Assembly: GCA_035456405.1 (NCBI GenBank)
Contig: DATIDG010000049.1
Location: 144,835-208,834 of the forward strand
DNA length: 64,000 bases
Direction: 5' to 3'
DNA from: Burkholderiales bacterium
GTDB lineage: Bacteria; Pseudomonadota; Gammaproteobacteria; Burkholderiales; SG8-39
This document shows positions 27,657 through 35,757 of this stretch, piece after piece. Each line of letters starts with the position of its first letter. The stretch's first letter is position 1. Made by a program: the position numbers and the translations under genes. The notes under the pieces were generated by a model that saw only the letters and a list, made by a program, of their open reading frames with translations, was not told where the DNA came from and did no database searches.

Positions 27657-29510
27657 ATGGGCACGAAGCAAAGTAGACGCTTTTCGATCACGCTGACCGT
27701 TGTGTGTACGTCGCTATTGTTTTCCTCGTTTGTTGCAGTTTCGATTGCTCAGGGCGAATCCGCGGGGGCACGGTCTGCGACACCTTATTATGACGAGGGA
27801 GAGGCGGCGGCTGTCGCCAGGACCCTTGTTACTCCCGGCCTGCGGACGTACAGAGCCGCAGGGGGGACGGACGTTCCGCTGATCGGAAGGAACGAACCCG
27901 CCGTCGCGGTCAACCCATGGGATCCCACCAACGTGGTGGTGGCCGGCCTGTTCGAAATTCGCGTTTCAACCGACACCGGAGTGACTTTCACTTCCGCTAC
28001 ACCATCCCCTGTACCCGGTACGCATGTTCGGTGCGGAGATCCCTCGGTGGCATTCGACAGTCGAGGGCGTCTTTTCTGGACGTTCCTTGGCTGCATTGGT
28101 AGCGGCATCGACGTTTTCATCGCCCAGGTTAACCCGTTAACCGGGGCCGTCATCGCTGGGCCCTTCAACGTGACTGCAGCCGCTGGCGTTCCCGGCAGCG
28201 CCGGTAATGGGAACGACAAGGAGTGGCTCGCCATCGACCGCTTCGTTGGAAGTCCCTTCCAAGACCGGATCTATGTGGTCTGGACGAACTTTCTGCCCAC
28301 GGGCGGAACTGTTGTGCAAACGACATTCTCGACCGATCAAGGAGTGAACTGGTCGCCAGCGTTGACGGTGTCGGCGGGTGGTGAGGGGTTTGTCTGGCCG
28401 AGCCACAATGCCGTGGCCTCCAATGGAGATGTCTATGTTTCGTACCATTCTCAACCGACTTTTGCCGCTAATGCGCCTGACGGGACAAGCGGCCGGATAT
28501 TTGTCTTGCGATCCACAGATGGTGGCGCATTGTTTCCGCAGAAGAATGCCGCCTACACAGGAGGCAACGCCGACATTACGTTCAATGTTCAGTTTGGCGT
28601 TCGGACTTTGAACCAGAATCGGTCGTGGACGCAGGGGGCCGCGCAGCCATGGGTATTGCCAGATCCGCTCAACGCCAACAATGTCTACGTGATAGCCGGT
28701 GACGATCCGACCAACGCGGCCCATGGTGGCACGAACGACGACCTAAATGTATATATCGTTCGCTCGACTGACTCTGGAAGCACGTGGAGCAGCCCGACTC
28801 GGATTGACCGGGCCCCGGCCAACAACCACTCGTTCTTCCCCACCGCGACAATCGACGACAAGACAGCATGCATTGTGGTCAACTGGTATGACACGCGGAA
28901 TGGCGCGACAAATGTGGATGGTAACTTCATGTTGGACCTGTTCACGACAATCAGCAACGATGGCGGTCTGACCTTTGCTTCTGAATCGCAGATTAACGAT
29001 GCGCCGTTCGATCCTGACTTAGGCGCACCAGATAGATTTCCCCCGACCCGGACTTTGCGGATTGGGGAGTACATCGGCGTGACAGTCTCCAATGGGCTAG
29101 CGCATTCGGTATGGACAGGCAACACCGCTACCGGTCAGCAGATCCTGTACGAGAATAGTCCGGCGAAATGCCACGTCACGGTGGACCTCGATATCAAGCC
29201 AGGAAGCGTTCCGAACTCGATTAACACGACGAGCAAGGGCGTGATCCCGGTGGCGATTCTGTCGACTGCAACTTTCGACGCGACCTCGGTCGATCCGCGC
29301 TCGGTGACTTTTGGCCCCGGTGCTGCGACGGAAGCGCACGGACGAGGACACATCGAGGACGTCAATGGCGACACCATTCAGGATCTCGTGTTGCATTTCA
29401 GCACGCAAGAAAGCGGGCTGGGCGTCGGCGACACACAAGCCTGCGTCGATGGCACGACGTATGGCGGCGCGCCGATTCATGGCTGCGATACGGTAAGGAT
29501 CGTCCGTTAG
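27657..29510 (+). CDS. Secreted BNR/Asp-box repeat (sialidase-fold-like) propeller protein
   Basis: Signal peptide. Five S-x-D-x-G-x-T-W/F boxes (STDTGVTF, STDQGVNW, STDGGALF, STDSGSTW, SNDGGLTF). The C-terminal roughly 110-aa domain is IKPGSVPNSIN...GVIPVAILS...HIEDVNGD. The start may be the GTG at 27645 instead. Confidence 0.8.
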   Translation: MGTKQSRRFSITLTVVCTSLLFSSFVAVSIAQGESAGARSATPYYDEGEAAAVARTLVTPGLRTYRAAGGTDVPLIGRNEPAVAVNPWDPTNVVVAGLFEIRVSTDTGVTFTSATPSPVPGTHVRCGDPSVAFDSRGRLFWTFLGCIGSGIDVFIAQVNPLTGAVIAGPFNVTAAAGVPGSAGNGNDKEWLAIDRFVGSPFQDRIYVVWTNFLPTGGTVVQTTFSTDQGVNWSPALTVSAGGEGFVWPSHNAVASNGDVYVSYHSQPTFAANAPDGTSGRIFVLRSTDGGALFPQKNAAYTGGNADITFNVQFGVRTLNQNRSWTQGAAQPWVLPDPLNANNVYVIAGDDPTNAAHGGTNDDLNVYIVRSTDSGSTWSSPTRIDRAPANNHSFFPTATIDDKTACIVVNWYDTRNGATNVDGNFMLDLFTTISNDGGLTFASESQINDAPFDPDLGAPDRFPPTRTLRIGEYIGVTVSNGLAHSVWTGNTATGQQILYENSPAKCHVTVDLDIKPGSVPNSINTTSKGVIPVAILSTATFDATSVDPRSVTFGPGAATEAHGRGHIEDVNGDTIQDLVLHFSTQESGLGVGDTQACVDGTTYGGAPIHGCDTVRIVR

Positions 29511-29534
29511 AACCGAGCCACCCAGTCAGAACGA

Positions 29535-29563
29535 AAGAGCGGTCCTCCGGGGCCGCTCTTCTT
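29535..29563 (+). terminator. Rho-independent-type terminator after the Asp-box protein gene
   Basis: AAGAGCGG...CCGCTCTT stem followed by CTT, 25 nt after the stop codon. Confidence 0.5.
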
Positions 29564-29942
29564 GCTCGCAGCCGTGGCTCGTGACCGTCCTGGGTGATAC
29601 GGTCATGGCTCATTCGCCAACCTAGCGGCGGGGCAGAACTCGGCGCACGACCACGCTGGATGGTGGGGGGGGTGCCAGCTAATTTCGTCGCGAGAAGTCG
29701 GTCCAGCAGGGGCACTCCGACGGACTCCGCCGAATGACCGGGGAGGCGGCGACGGCCGCGCTGAATGCTGCCGACGGTCATGCCGCTGCGTGGTGAGGTC
29801 GGAGTCATCGTCGCGATTGACATTCCTCAAAGCCCCCGCACAGGGACGGCGCAGATTATTCCAAATGGGAGTGTGTGGTAGCTAGCGAAAGGAGATGCAG
29901 AGGCATTCGCATTTCGCGTACCGTTTGCTAAGGAGGATGCAA

Positions 29943-30380
29943 ATGAAAAATGCAACGACAATTTCAAGTCTTGTTGGGATTGCGCTCTTTTGCACTGCGA
30001 GCGCGGCCCTGGCGCAAGCGAAGCCGCAGGCGAGGGTGGATTTCGGCGAGCGGGAGTACAGGTCGAGCTGCGCGGTCTGCCACGGACTGAGCGGGAAGGG
30101 CGACGGTCCCTACCAGCCGTTCCAGGCCAAGAGCCCCCCAAACCTCACGACGCTCTCCAAGGCGAACAGCGGGGTGTTCCCCTATCAACGCGTGTACGAG
30201 ATCATCGACGGCAGACAGGCGGTCGCGGCCCATGGCCCGCGTGACATGCCGATCTGGGGCGCGCGGTATCTGGCGGAGAGCGCGGGGTACTACATGGACG
30301 TTCCGTACGACCCGGAGGCCTTCGTCCGCACCCGCGTCTCGGCGCTCGTCGACTACGTGTATCGCATACAGGCGAAGTAA
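29943..30380 (+). CDS. Monohaem c-type cytochrome (periplasmic)
   Basis: CAVCH haem-binding motif, signal peptide ISSLVGIALFCTASAALAQA and a distal Met candidate in PRDMPIWG. AAGGAGG lies 6 nt upstream of the ATG at 29943. The track begins earlier, at 29895. Confidence 0.85.
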   Translation: MKNATTISSLVGIALFCTASAALAQAKPQARVDFGEREYRSSCAVCHGLSGKGDGPYQPFQAKSPPNLTTLSKANSGVFPYQRVYEIIDGRQAVAAHGPRDMPIWGARYLAESAGYYMDVPYDPEAFVRTRVSALVDYVYRIQAK

Positions 30381-30419
30381 CGAAGCCCGTGCATCGCGCG
30401 AGCGGGCCCACCGCCCCGC

Positions 30420-31142
30420 TTGCGGCGGGGTTCTTCTTTGCAGCGTCGGACTTTGACACGCAGAGTGAGGTCGGTCCTCCTGTTGTTCCTCGCGGTCTCC
30501 CCCTGGGGGTTGCTCGCCGGACCCGGGGCTGTCGGACCGGTACCGCACGAATGCGCTGCTCCACGAAACACCGTCGCGCTATCGTCCAGCCGTCAGGACG
30601 CACTTGACGCCTGCCAGGGCGCTCAGGCCGCAGTCGCATTTCTTGGCTCGCAAGGCTTTCAGGTTGGCGACAGGATCAAGATCGAGGTTGTTCGCACGTT
30701 GCCGGAGGGTGCCGGCCCGGCGGCGGCCGGCTGCTTTGTCCAGTCGGGCACGCGCGTCTTGGTCCTGACCTATGACAAGTTCAAGGCCAGGAGAACCTGG
30801 TTCACGGTCCCCGTCGACAGGAGGCTCTACCAGAGTGTCGCGACTCACGAAGTTGCTCACGCGCTCGCGTCCTGCAACTTTCGGATTCCCGCGCCCTCCA
30901 TTCAGGCCAAGGAGTACATCGCATTCGTGGCCATGTTCGCCACGATGAGCGACTCGCACCGGCGCAAGATCCTGGAGGCCTTTCCGGGCGAGGGATTCGA
31001 GGACGAATCGAGGATGTCGGCCATCGTCTATATGTTTGATCCGCCGCGATTCGGCGTCGAGGCCTACCGACACTATCTGAGGCCGGAAAACGGCCCCGCA
31101 TTTCTGCGCGCGATCCTCTCCGGCTCGGCGCTCGTGGACTGA
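30420..31142 (+). CDS. Hypothetical secreted protein with an HExxH...E zinc-metallopeptidase-like motif
   Basis: The hydrophobic N-terminus VLLLFLAVSPWGLLAG is followed by THEVAH and a Glu 18 residues later (KEYIAF). The start is uncertain (TTG at 30420 or GTG at 30465). Confidence 0.7.
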   Translation: MRRGSSLQRRTLTRRVRSVLLLFLAVSPWGLLAGPGAVGPVPHECAAPRNTVALSSSRQDALDACQGAQAAVAFLGSQGFQVGDRIKIEVVRTLPEGAGPAAAGCFVQSGTRVLVLTYDKFKARRTWFTVPVDRRLYQSVATHEVAHALASCNFRIPAPSIQAKEYIAFVAMFATMSDSHRRKILEAFPGEGFEDESRMSAIVYMFDPPRFGVEAYRHYLRPENGPAFLRAILSGSALVD

Positions 31143-31199
31143 CAGCGTCGTCCGTGTGCTTCGACGATTGCCGAGGAGAGCCTGCGCTGACTCGCCGTA

Positions 31200-31748
31200 C
31201 TACGCCGGCCGCAGCGGCGCCAGCTCCTGCTGCAGCCGCCTGCGGGCGCGATGCAGCGTCGTCCAAAGATTCGCGCTGGTGATGCCGAGCGCGCGGCACA
31301 CCTGGGTCGACTCGTGGCCGAGCACGTCGGCCATGAGGAAGGCCCGCGCCGCCTGGGCGGGCATGCGCTCGAGGCGAGCCTGGCAGGCCTCCCAGAAGCG
31401 GCGCCGCGCCTCCACGTTGAGCGGCTCGTGCGCGGCCGGCGCGGCACCGGCCAGGCGCTCGGCGACCTCGGCGCCGGTTGCGGTGTCGGCGTCGGCGAGC
31501 GCGTCGATGCTCACCGGCGCGCGCGTCCGCTCGCGGAAGCTGTCCGCGATCTTGTGCTTGAGGATCCCGACGAGCCAGGTGCGGACCGCGCTGCGCCCCT
31601 GGAAGCTGCAGCCGCCCTCGAGCGCGGCGACGAAGGTGTCCTGCACGAGGTCGCGAGCGACCTCGGCGTCGCGGACTTGCTGGAGGGCATACCGGTAGAG
31701 ATAGCGGCTGTGCTCCTGCAGCCCGTTCTGGTCGATCGTGATTGTCAT
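31200..31748 (-). CDS. ECF-type RNA polymerase sigma-70 factor
   Basis: 182 aa. Region 2 is DLVQDTFVAAL...RTWLVGILKHKIADSFR. Region 4 HTH is ESTQVCRALGITSANLWTTLHRARRRLQ. AGGAGA lies 6 nt upstream of the ATG. Confidence 0.92.
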   Translation of the reverse strand: MTITIDQNGLQEHSRYLYRYALQQVRDAEVARDLVQDTFVAALEGGCSFQGRSAVRTWLVGILKHKIADSFRERTRAPVSIDALADADTATGAEVAERLAGAAPAAHEPLNVEARRRFWEACQARLERMPAQAARAFLMADVLGHESTQVCRALGITSANLWTTLHRARRRLQQELAPLRPA

Positions 31749-31776
31749 GGCGTTCTCCTGGCGATTCGATCAGGCA

Positions 31777-32478
31777 TTAGCGCTCGGCGATGGCCGCGAC
31801 GACAGTCACGTCGCCATCCGCCGAGCGCAGCAGTTCGAGAGGCGCGCGCGCCACGTCGCGCCCGGTCGTGGCGATGCGTCGCGGCACCGCATCGGCCGAG
31901 CCCGAGGGCGCGACGACGAGGACTGCGACGGCGTTCCGGATCACCGGCGGAGTGAGCGTGGCGACGTAGTGGCCGTGCTCGAGGTCGTAGTCCGCGCGCA
32001 CGAGGCGCTCGATCTCGTCGAGCGCCCGCCCGCCGGGCATGAAGCCGCCGAGCCGGCCGTCGGCGTCCAGCGCGAGGACGACGAGATCGAAGCGCGGCAG
32101 CAGTCCGGTGCGCAGGCCGAAGAAGGCGCGCAACTCCTGCTCGTAGGAGGCGGCCTTCAGCGGATTCGGGTGCTCGGCGATCTCGAGATGGAGGGCGCTC
32201 TCCGGGATCGGCAGGCGGCGGGCGAGCGCCCGCGGGCCGAGAGCCCCGGCCGGTCCCGAGTCGCTCAGGAAGAGGTGCGTCGCGCGCCAGAAACGCTCGT
32301 CCGCGAGTGGTGCCACGGCGAACGCCTCGACCACCGGCGTGGTGAGCGCCGCGGGCGAGAAGGCGACGGTGAAGCGGCCGCTGCGTGCAAATGCCGCGCG
32401 ACCATGGGCCGCGATCCGGGCCAGCAGTGGCGCGGCGGCGTCGGTGGCGACTGGAGTCGGTGTCCCGTTGAAGCCCAC
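31777..32478 (-). CDS. 6-phosphogluconolactonase/NagB-fold protein with degenerate catalytic motifs
   Basis: The GTG at 32478 has AAGGAG 7 nt upstream. The layout matches 6PGL (RFTVAFSPAALTTP...W..THLFLSDSG...FDLVVLALDADGRLGGFMPG). The usual SGGSTP, DER and DGH motifs read SPAALTTP, DSG and DGR. Confidence 0.75.
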   Translation of the reverse strand: MGFNGTPTPVATDAAAPLLARIAAHGRAAFARSGRFTVAFSPAALTTPVVEAFAVAPLADERFWRATHLFLSDSGPAGALGPRALARRLPIPESALHLEIAEHPNPLKAASYEQELRAFFGLRTGLLPRFDLVVLALDADGRLGGFMPGGRALDEIERLVRADYDLEHGHYVATLTPPVIRNAVAVLVVAPSGSADAVPRRIATTGRDVARAPLELLRSADGDVTVVAAIAER

Positions 32479-32585
32479 TTCGGCACTCCTTTTCGTGACG
32501 AGGCGAATGATCGGCGGTCGCGCGCGCCGCGACCATTCGGGCGAGTGCGCAGCCGGACTCCGGGAAACTGCGGAAGCCACGGCCG

Positions 32586-32599
32586 GAACTAAGTAGTTC
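32586..32599. promoter_or_regulatory. Inverted repeat GAACTA-AG-TAGTTC in a divergent promoter region
   Basis: Perfect 6-bp arms separated by 2 bp, located between the pgl-like/ECF operon and the histidine-kinase operon. Confidence 0.3.
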
Positions 32600-32683
32600 T
32601 ACCGAGTGCGTCCCATTGGCCCCGCTGCTAAGGTACGCACACGCGGCCGGAGACCGCTGCGGCGGGAGAGACGGAGAACGTTG

Positions 32684-35125
32684 ATGAGCGCACCTGCAAA
32701 CGCGGCGACGGAGGCACGGCCGGCGACCACGGCGTCGGGCCCGGCGGGGCAGCTCGGTCGCATCGTCGTCCTCACCGTCGGCATCGCGGCGGCATACGTC
32801 CTTTCTGCGAAAGTCGCGCTCGCGCTCTTTCCCGCGACGAAATCGGTGGCGATGCTGTGGCCGTCCGCCGGCATCGCGCTCGCCGCGCTCCTCGTCTGGG
32901 GCATCCGGGCGCTCCCGGGGGTGTTCATCGGTTGCCTGATCGCTCATGTCTCCGCCGCCGACGACGCAGGCGGCGCCGTCGCTTCGGCTGGGCTGACGAC
33001 GGTCTACACGGCGGCCGCCTGGGTGCTCCTCGCGAACGTCGCACGGCTCGATCTCGGTCTGCGGCGCGTGTCGGACGTGCTCGCGCTCGCCGTGCTGGGT
33101 GCGGGAACCGTTGCGCTCACGAAGGCCGCGATTCGCGCCGCCGCGCTGATGGCGAACGGGGCGTGGGGTACGGAGGCCCTGCTGCAGACGGCGGTGAGCG
33201 CGCTCGCAACCGGCGTCGGCATCCTGATCGTCGCGCCGGTGTGCCTCACGCTCTATGCGGCGCGTCGCGACCCGGTGCCGCACGGGCGCCGCATCGAGCT
33301 CGCGCTGGTCGCGGCCGCGACGCTCGGCGTCTCCATCCTGGTGTTCAGCGAACGGTTCTCGCCGATGGTCGCGGTGGCGCAGCTTCCGTACGCCGTCTTC
33401 CCGGTGCTGTTCTGGGCCGGCCTGCGCTTCGGCCCGCGCGAAGTATCGGGCGTGCTGTTCCTGGCCGCGGTGGTGGCCGTCTGGTACACGTCGCTCGGCG
33501 AGGGCCCGTTCGCAGGCGGCGAGCGGATCGAAGGGATGGCGTCGCTCTACCTCTTTCTCACCGTCCTCGCGGTCACCTCGCTCCTCTTCGCCGCCGCGCT
33601 GCGGCAGCGCGAGGAGGCCGATGCCGCGGTCCACGCGAGCGAGCAGCGCAACCGCTTGCTGGTCGAGCGCATGAACGAAGGCCTGGCGATGCTCGATCGC
33701 AACGGCACGATGCACTACGTGAGCGACCGTTTTTGCGAGATCGCCGGCTACCGCCGCGAGGATCTGGTGGGCAAGCGGGGCGTCGAGCTGGCGGCCCCCG
33801 AGGGACGCGAGCAGTGGGAAGAGCATCACCGCGCGCGTCAGCGCGGGGTGGGCGACTCGTTCGAGATGACGATGGTGCGGGGAAACGGCGAGCGGATCGA
33901 CGTCAACGTCTCTCCGCGGCCGCTGTTCGACGAGAGCGGGGCCTATGCGGGCAGCTTCGCGCTCATCACCGACGTGACCGCGCGCAAACGCGCCGAGGCC
34001 GCGCTGCGCCAGAGCGAGAAGCAGTACCGCCTGCTCGTCGAGAATCAGACCGAGCTGATCCTCACCCTCGGCCGCATTGGTGTGGTGAGGTTCGCCAGCC
34101 CGTCCTACCGACAGCTCTTCGGCGCGGATGCGGCCGACGTCGTCGGCCGGCCGCTCGCTCTCGAGGTGCACGAGGACGACCGCGAGACGACCGCGCGCGC
34201 CTGGCAGGCGGCGTGGGCGCCGCCGTACTCGACGAGCATGGAGAACCGCGTGCTGACGCCGCGCGGCTGGGTGTGGCTCGCGTGGTCGATCCGCGCGGTG
34301 CGCGACGAACGTGCAGCAGCCGCGCCGGACGAGGTGGTGGCCGTGGCGCGCGACGTGACCGACCGGCACCGCGCCGAGGAGCAGGCGCGGCAGCACCTGC
34401 AGAGCCTGGCGCACGTGGCACGCGTGAGTTCAATGGGCGAGATGGCGAGCGCGATCGCGCACGAGGTCAACCAGCCGCTCACGGCGATCGCGAACTACGT
34501 GTACGCCTGCATGCGGCTGCTGCGCAGCGGCGCGTCGACCCAGGGCGAGGCGCTGCAGGTCATGCAGCGCGTCGCCACCGAGGCCGAGCGCGCGGGCGAG
34601 GTGGTGCGCAAGATGCGCAGCTTCGTGCGCGGCGAGGAAGGGCAGGTCAGCGCCGTCGACGCGAACTTCCTCGCCACGGAGGTGCTCCGGCTCGCGACGC
34701 CCGAGGCACGGCAGAGCGGCGTCGAGCTCGTCCCGGCGCTCGACTCCGGCCTGCCCGAGGTGTGCGCCGACTCGATCCAGATCCAGCAGGTCCTCCTGAA
34801 CCTGGTGCGCAATGCCGTCGAGGCGATCGTGGCCGGTGGTGCCCGCGAGCGCACCGTGCGGATCGAGACCGCGCGCGGCGAGCCCGGGTGCGTCGAGCTC
34901 CGGGTATCCGACACCGGCCCGGGGCTGGCGCCGGAGTCGCTGGAGAAGGTGTTCGAGCCGTTCTACACGACGAAGGCCGACGGCATCGGCATCGGGCTCG
35001 CGCTCAGCCGGTCGATTGCAGATGCGCATGGTGGCCGGCTCTGGGCGACCGGCGCGCCGGGCCGCGGGGCGACCTTCCATCTTTCCCTGCCGATCGCCAC
35101 CGAGACCGAGGAGCACGATGACTGA
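32684..35125 (+). CDS. MASE1-PAS-PAS sensor histidine kinase (FixL-like transmitter)
   Basis: ATG at 32684 with GGAGA upstream. About 300 aa of polytopic membrane N-terminus, then two PAS-like regions. H-box HEVNQPLTAI and ATPase motifs DTGPGL and GIGIGL. Confidence 0.9.
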   Translation: MSAPANAATEARPATTASGPAGQLGRIVVLTVGIAAAYVLSAKVALALFPATKSVAMLWPSAGIALAALLVWGIRALPGVFIGCLIAHVSAADDAGGAVASAGLTTVYTAAAWVLLANVARLDLGLRRVSDVLALAVLGAGTVALTKAAIRAAALMANGAWGTEALLQTAVSALATGVGILIVAPVCLTLYAARRDPVPHGRRIELALVAAATLGVSILVFSERFSPMVAVAQLPYAVFPVLFWAGLRFGPREVSGVLFLAAVVAVWYTSLGEGPFAGGERIEGMASLYLFLTVLAVTSLLFAAALRQREEADAAVHASEQRNRLLVERMNEGLAMLDRNGTMHYVSDRFCEIAGYRREDLVGKRGVELAAPEGREQWEEHHRARQRGVGDSFEMTMVRGNGERIDVNVSPRPLFDESGAYAGSFALITDVTARKRAEAALRQSEKQYRLLVENQTELILTLGRIGVVRFASPSYRQLFGADAADVVGRPLALEVHEDDRETTARAWQAAWAPPYSTSMENRVLTPRGWVWLAWSIRAVRDERAAAAPDEVVAVARDVTDRHRAEEQARQHLQSLAHVARVSSMGEMASAIAHEVNQPLTAIANYVYACMRLLRSGASTQGEALQVMQRVATEAERAGEVVRKMRSFVRGEEGQVSAVDANFLATEVLRLATPEARQSGVELVPALDSGLPEVCADSIQIQQVLLNLVRNAVEAIVAGGARERTVRIETARGEPGCVELRVSDTGPGLAPESLEKVFEPFYTTKADGIGIGLALSRSIADAHGGRLWATGAPGRGATFHLSLPIATETEEHDD

Positions 35126-35735
35126 GCCTACCGTCTACGTCATCGACGACGAGCCCGCGATCCGCGACTCCCTCGCGATGCTGCTCCGGTCGGTCGGGCT
35201 GCCATCGCGCACCTTTCCGACCGCGCCGGCGTTCCTGGAGGCGTTCGACGGAGCCGCCCCCGGCTGCGCGATCGCCGACGTCCGGATGCCGGGCATGAGC
35301 GGGCTCGAGTTGCAGGAGGCGCTGCGCGCGCGGGCTGCGCGGCTGCCGGTGATCATCATCACCGGCCACGGCGACATCGCGATGGCGGTGCGGGCGATGA
35401 AGGCCGGCGCCGCCGACTTCATCGAGAAGCCGTTCAACGAGCAGGTGCTGCTCGACGCGGTGCACCGGGCGCTGGCGCAGAACCGCGCCGACGCGCCGTC
35501 CGCGGGCGCGAACCGCACGGAGATCGAGGCGCGCGTGGCGACGCTGACCCCGCGCGAGCGCGAGGTGATGCTGCTCATCGCCGAGGGGCGGCCCAACAAG
35601 GTGGTGGCGACGCGGCTAGGGTTGTCGACTCGAACCGTGGAAGTTCACCGCGCGAAGGTCATGGAGAAGATGAGCGCCCGCTCGCTCGCCGAGCTCGTCC
35701 GCATGGCGATCGCCTGCGACCTCATCAAGCCGTGA
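35118..35735 (+). CDS. FixJ/LuxR-family response regulator
   Basis: MTEPTVYVIDDEPAIRDSL receiver domain (DVRMPGMSG). C-terminal LuxR HTH LTPREREVMLLIAEGRPNKVVATRLGLSTRTVEVHR. It overlaps the kinase gene by 8 nt. Confidence 0.93.
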   Translation: MTEPTVYVIDDEPAIRDSLAMLLRSVGLPSRTFPTAPAFLEAFDGAAPGCAIADVRMPGMSGLELQEALRARAARLPVIIITGHGDIAMAVRAMKAGAADFIEKPFNEQVLLDAVHRALAQNRADAPSAGANRTEIEARVATLTPREREVMLLIAEGRPNKVVATRLGLSTRTVEVHRAKVMEKMSARSLAELVRMAIACDLIKP

Positions 35736-35757
35736 GGCGCCCGGTGCCGCTGTCCGT

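Noticed and set aside
29398-29823. 141-aa minus-strand ORF (and the 75-aa ORF at 29603..29830) in the gap before the cytochrome gene
   Set aside because: The translation is Arg/Ser/Pro-rich. There is no ribosome-binding site, and the ORF overlaps the 3' end of the Asp-box gene. No family resemblance. The region is kept only as an unexplained gap in the findings.
32585-32612. GGAAC ... CGTC read as an ECF-type promoter driving the histidine-kinase operon
   Set aside because: The spacer between AAC and CGT is 19 nt, against the usual 16-17. On the opposite strand the equivalent spacing is 14 nt. It is kept only as a palindrome of unknown function.
31745-34414. 889-aa minus-strand ORF spanning the sigma gene, the pgl-like gene and the histidine kinase
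   Set aside because: It runs antisense to the kinase and out of frame through two real genes. Its translation is dominated by Arg/Pro/Gly runs. It is an artefact of the longest-ORF rule.
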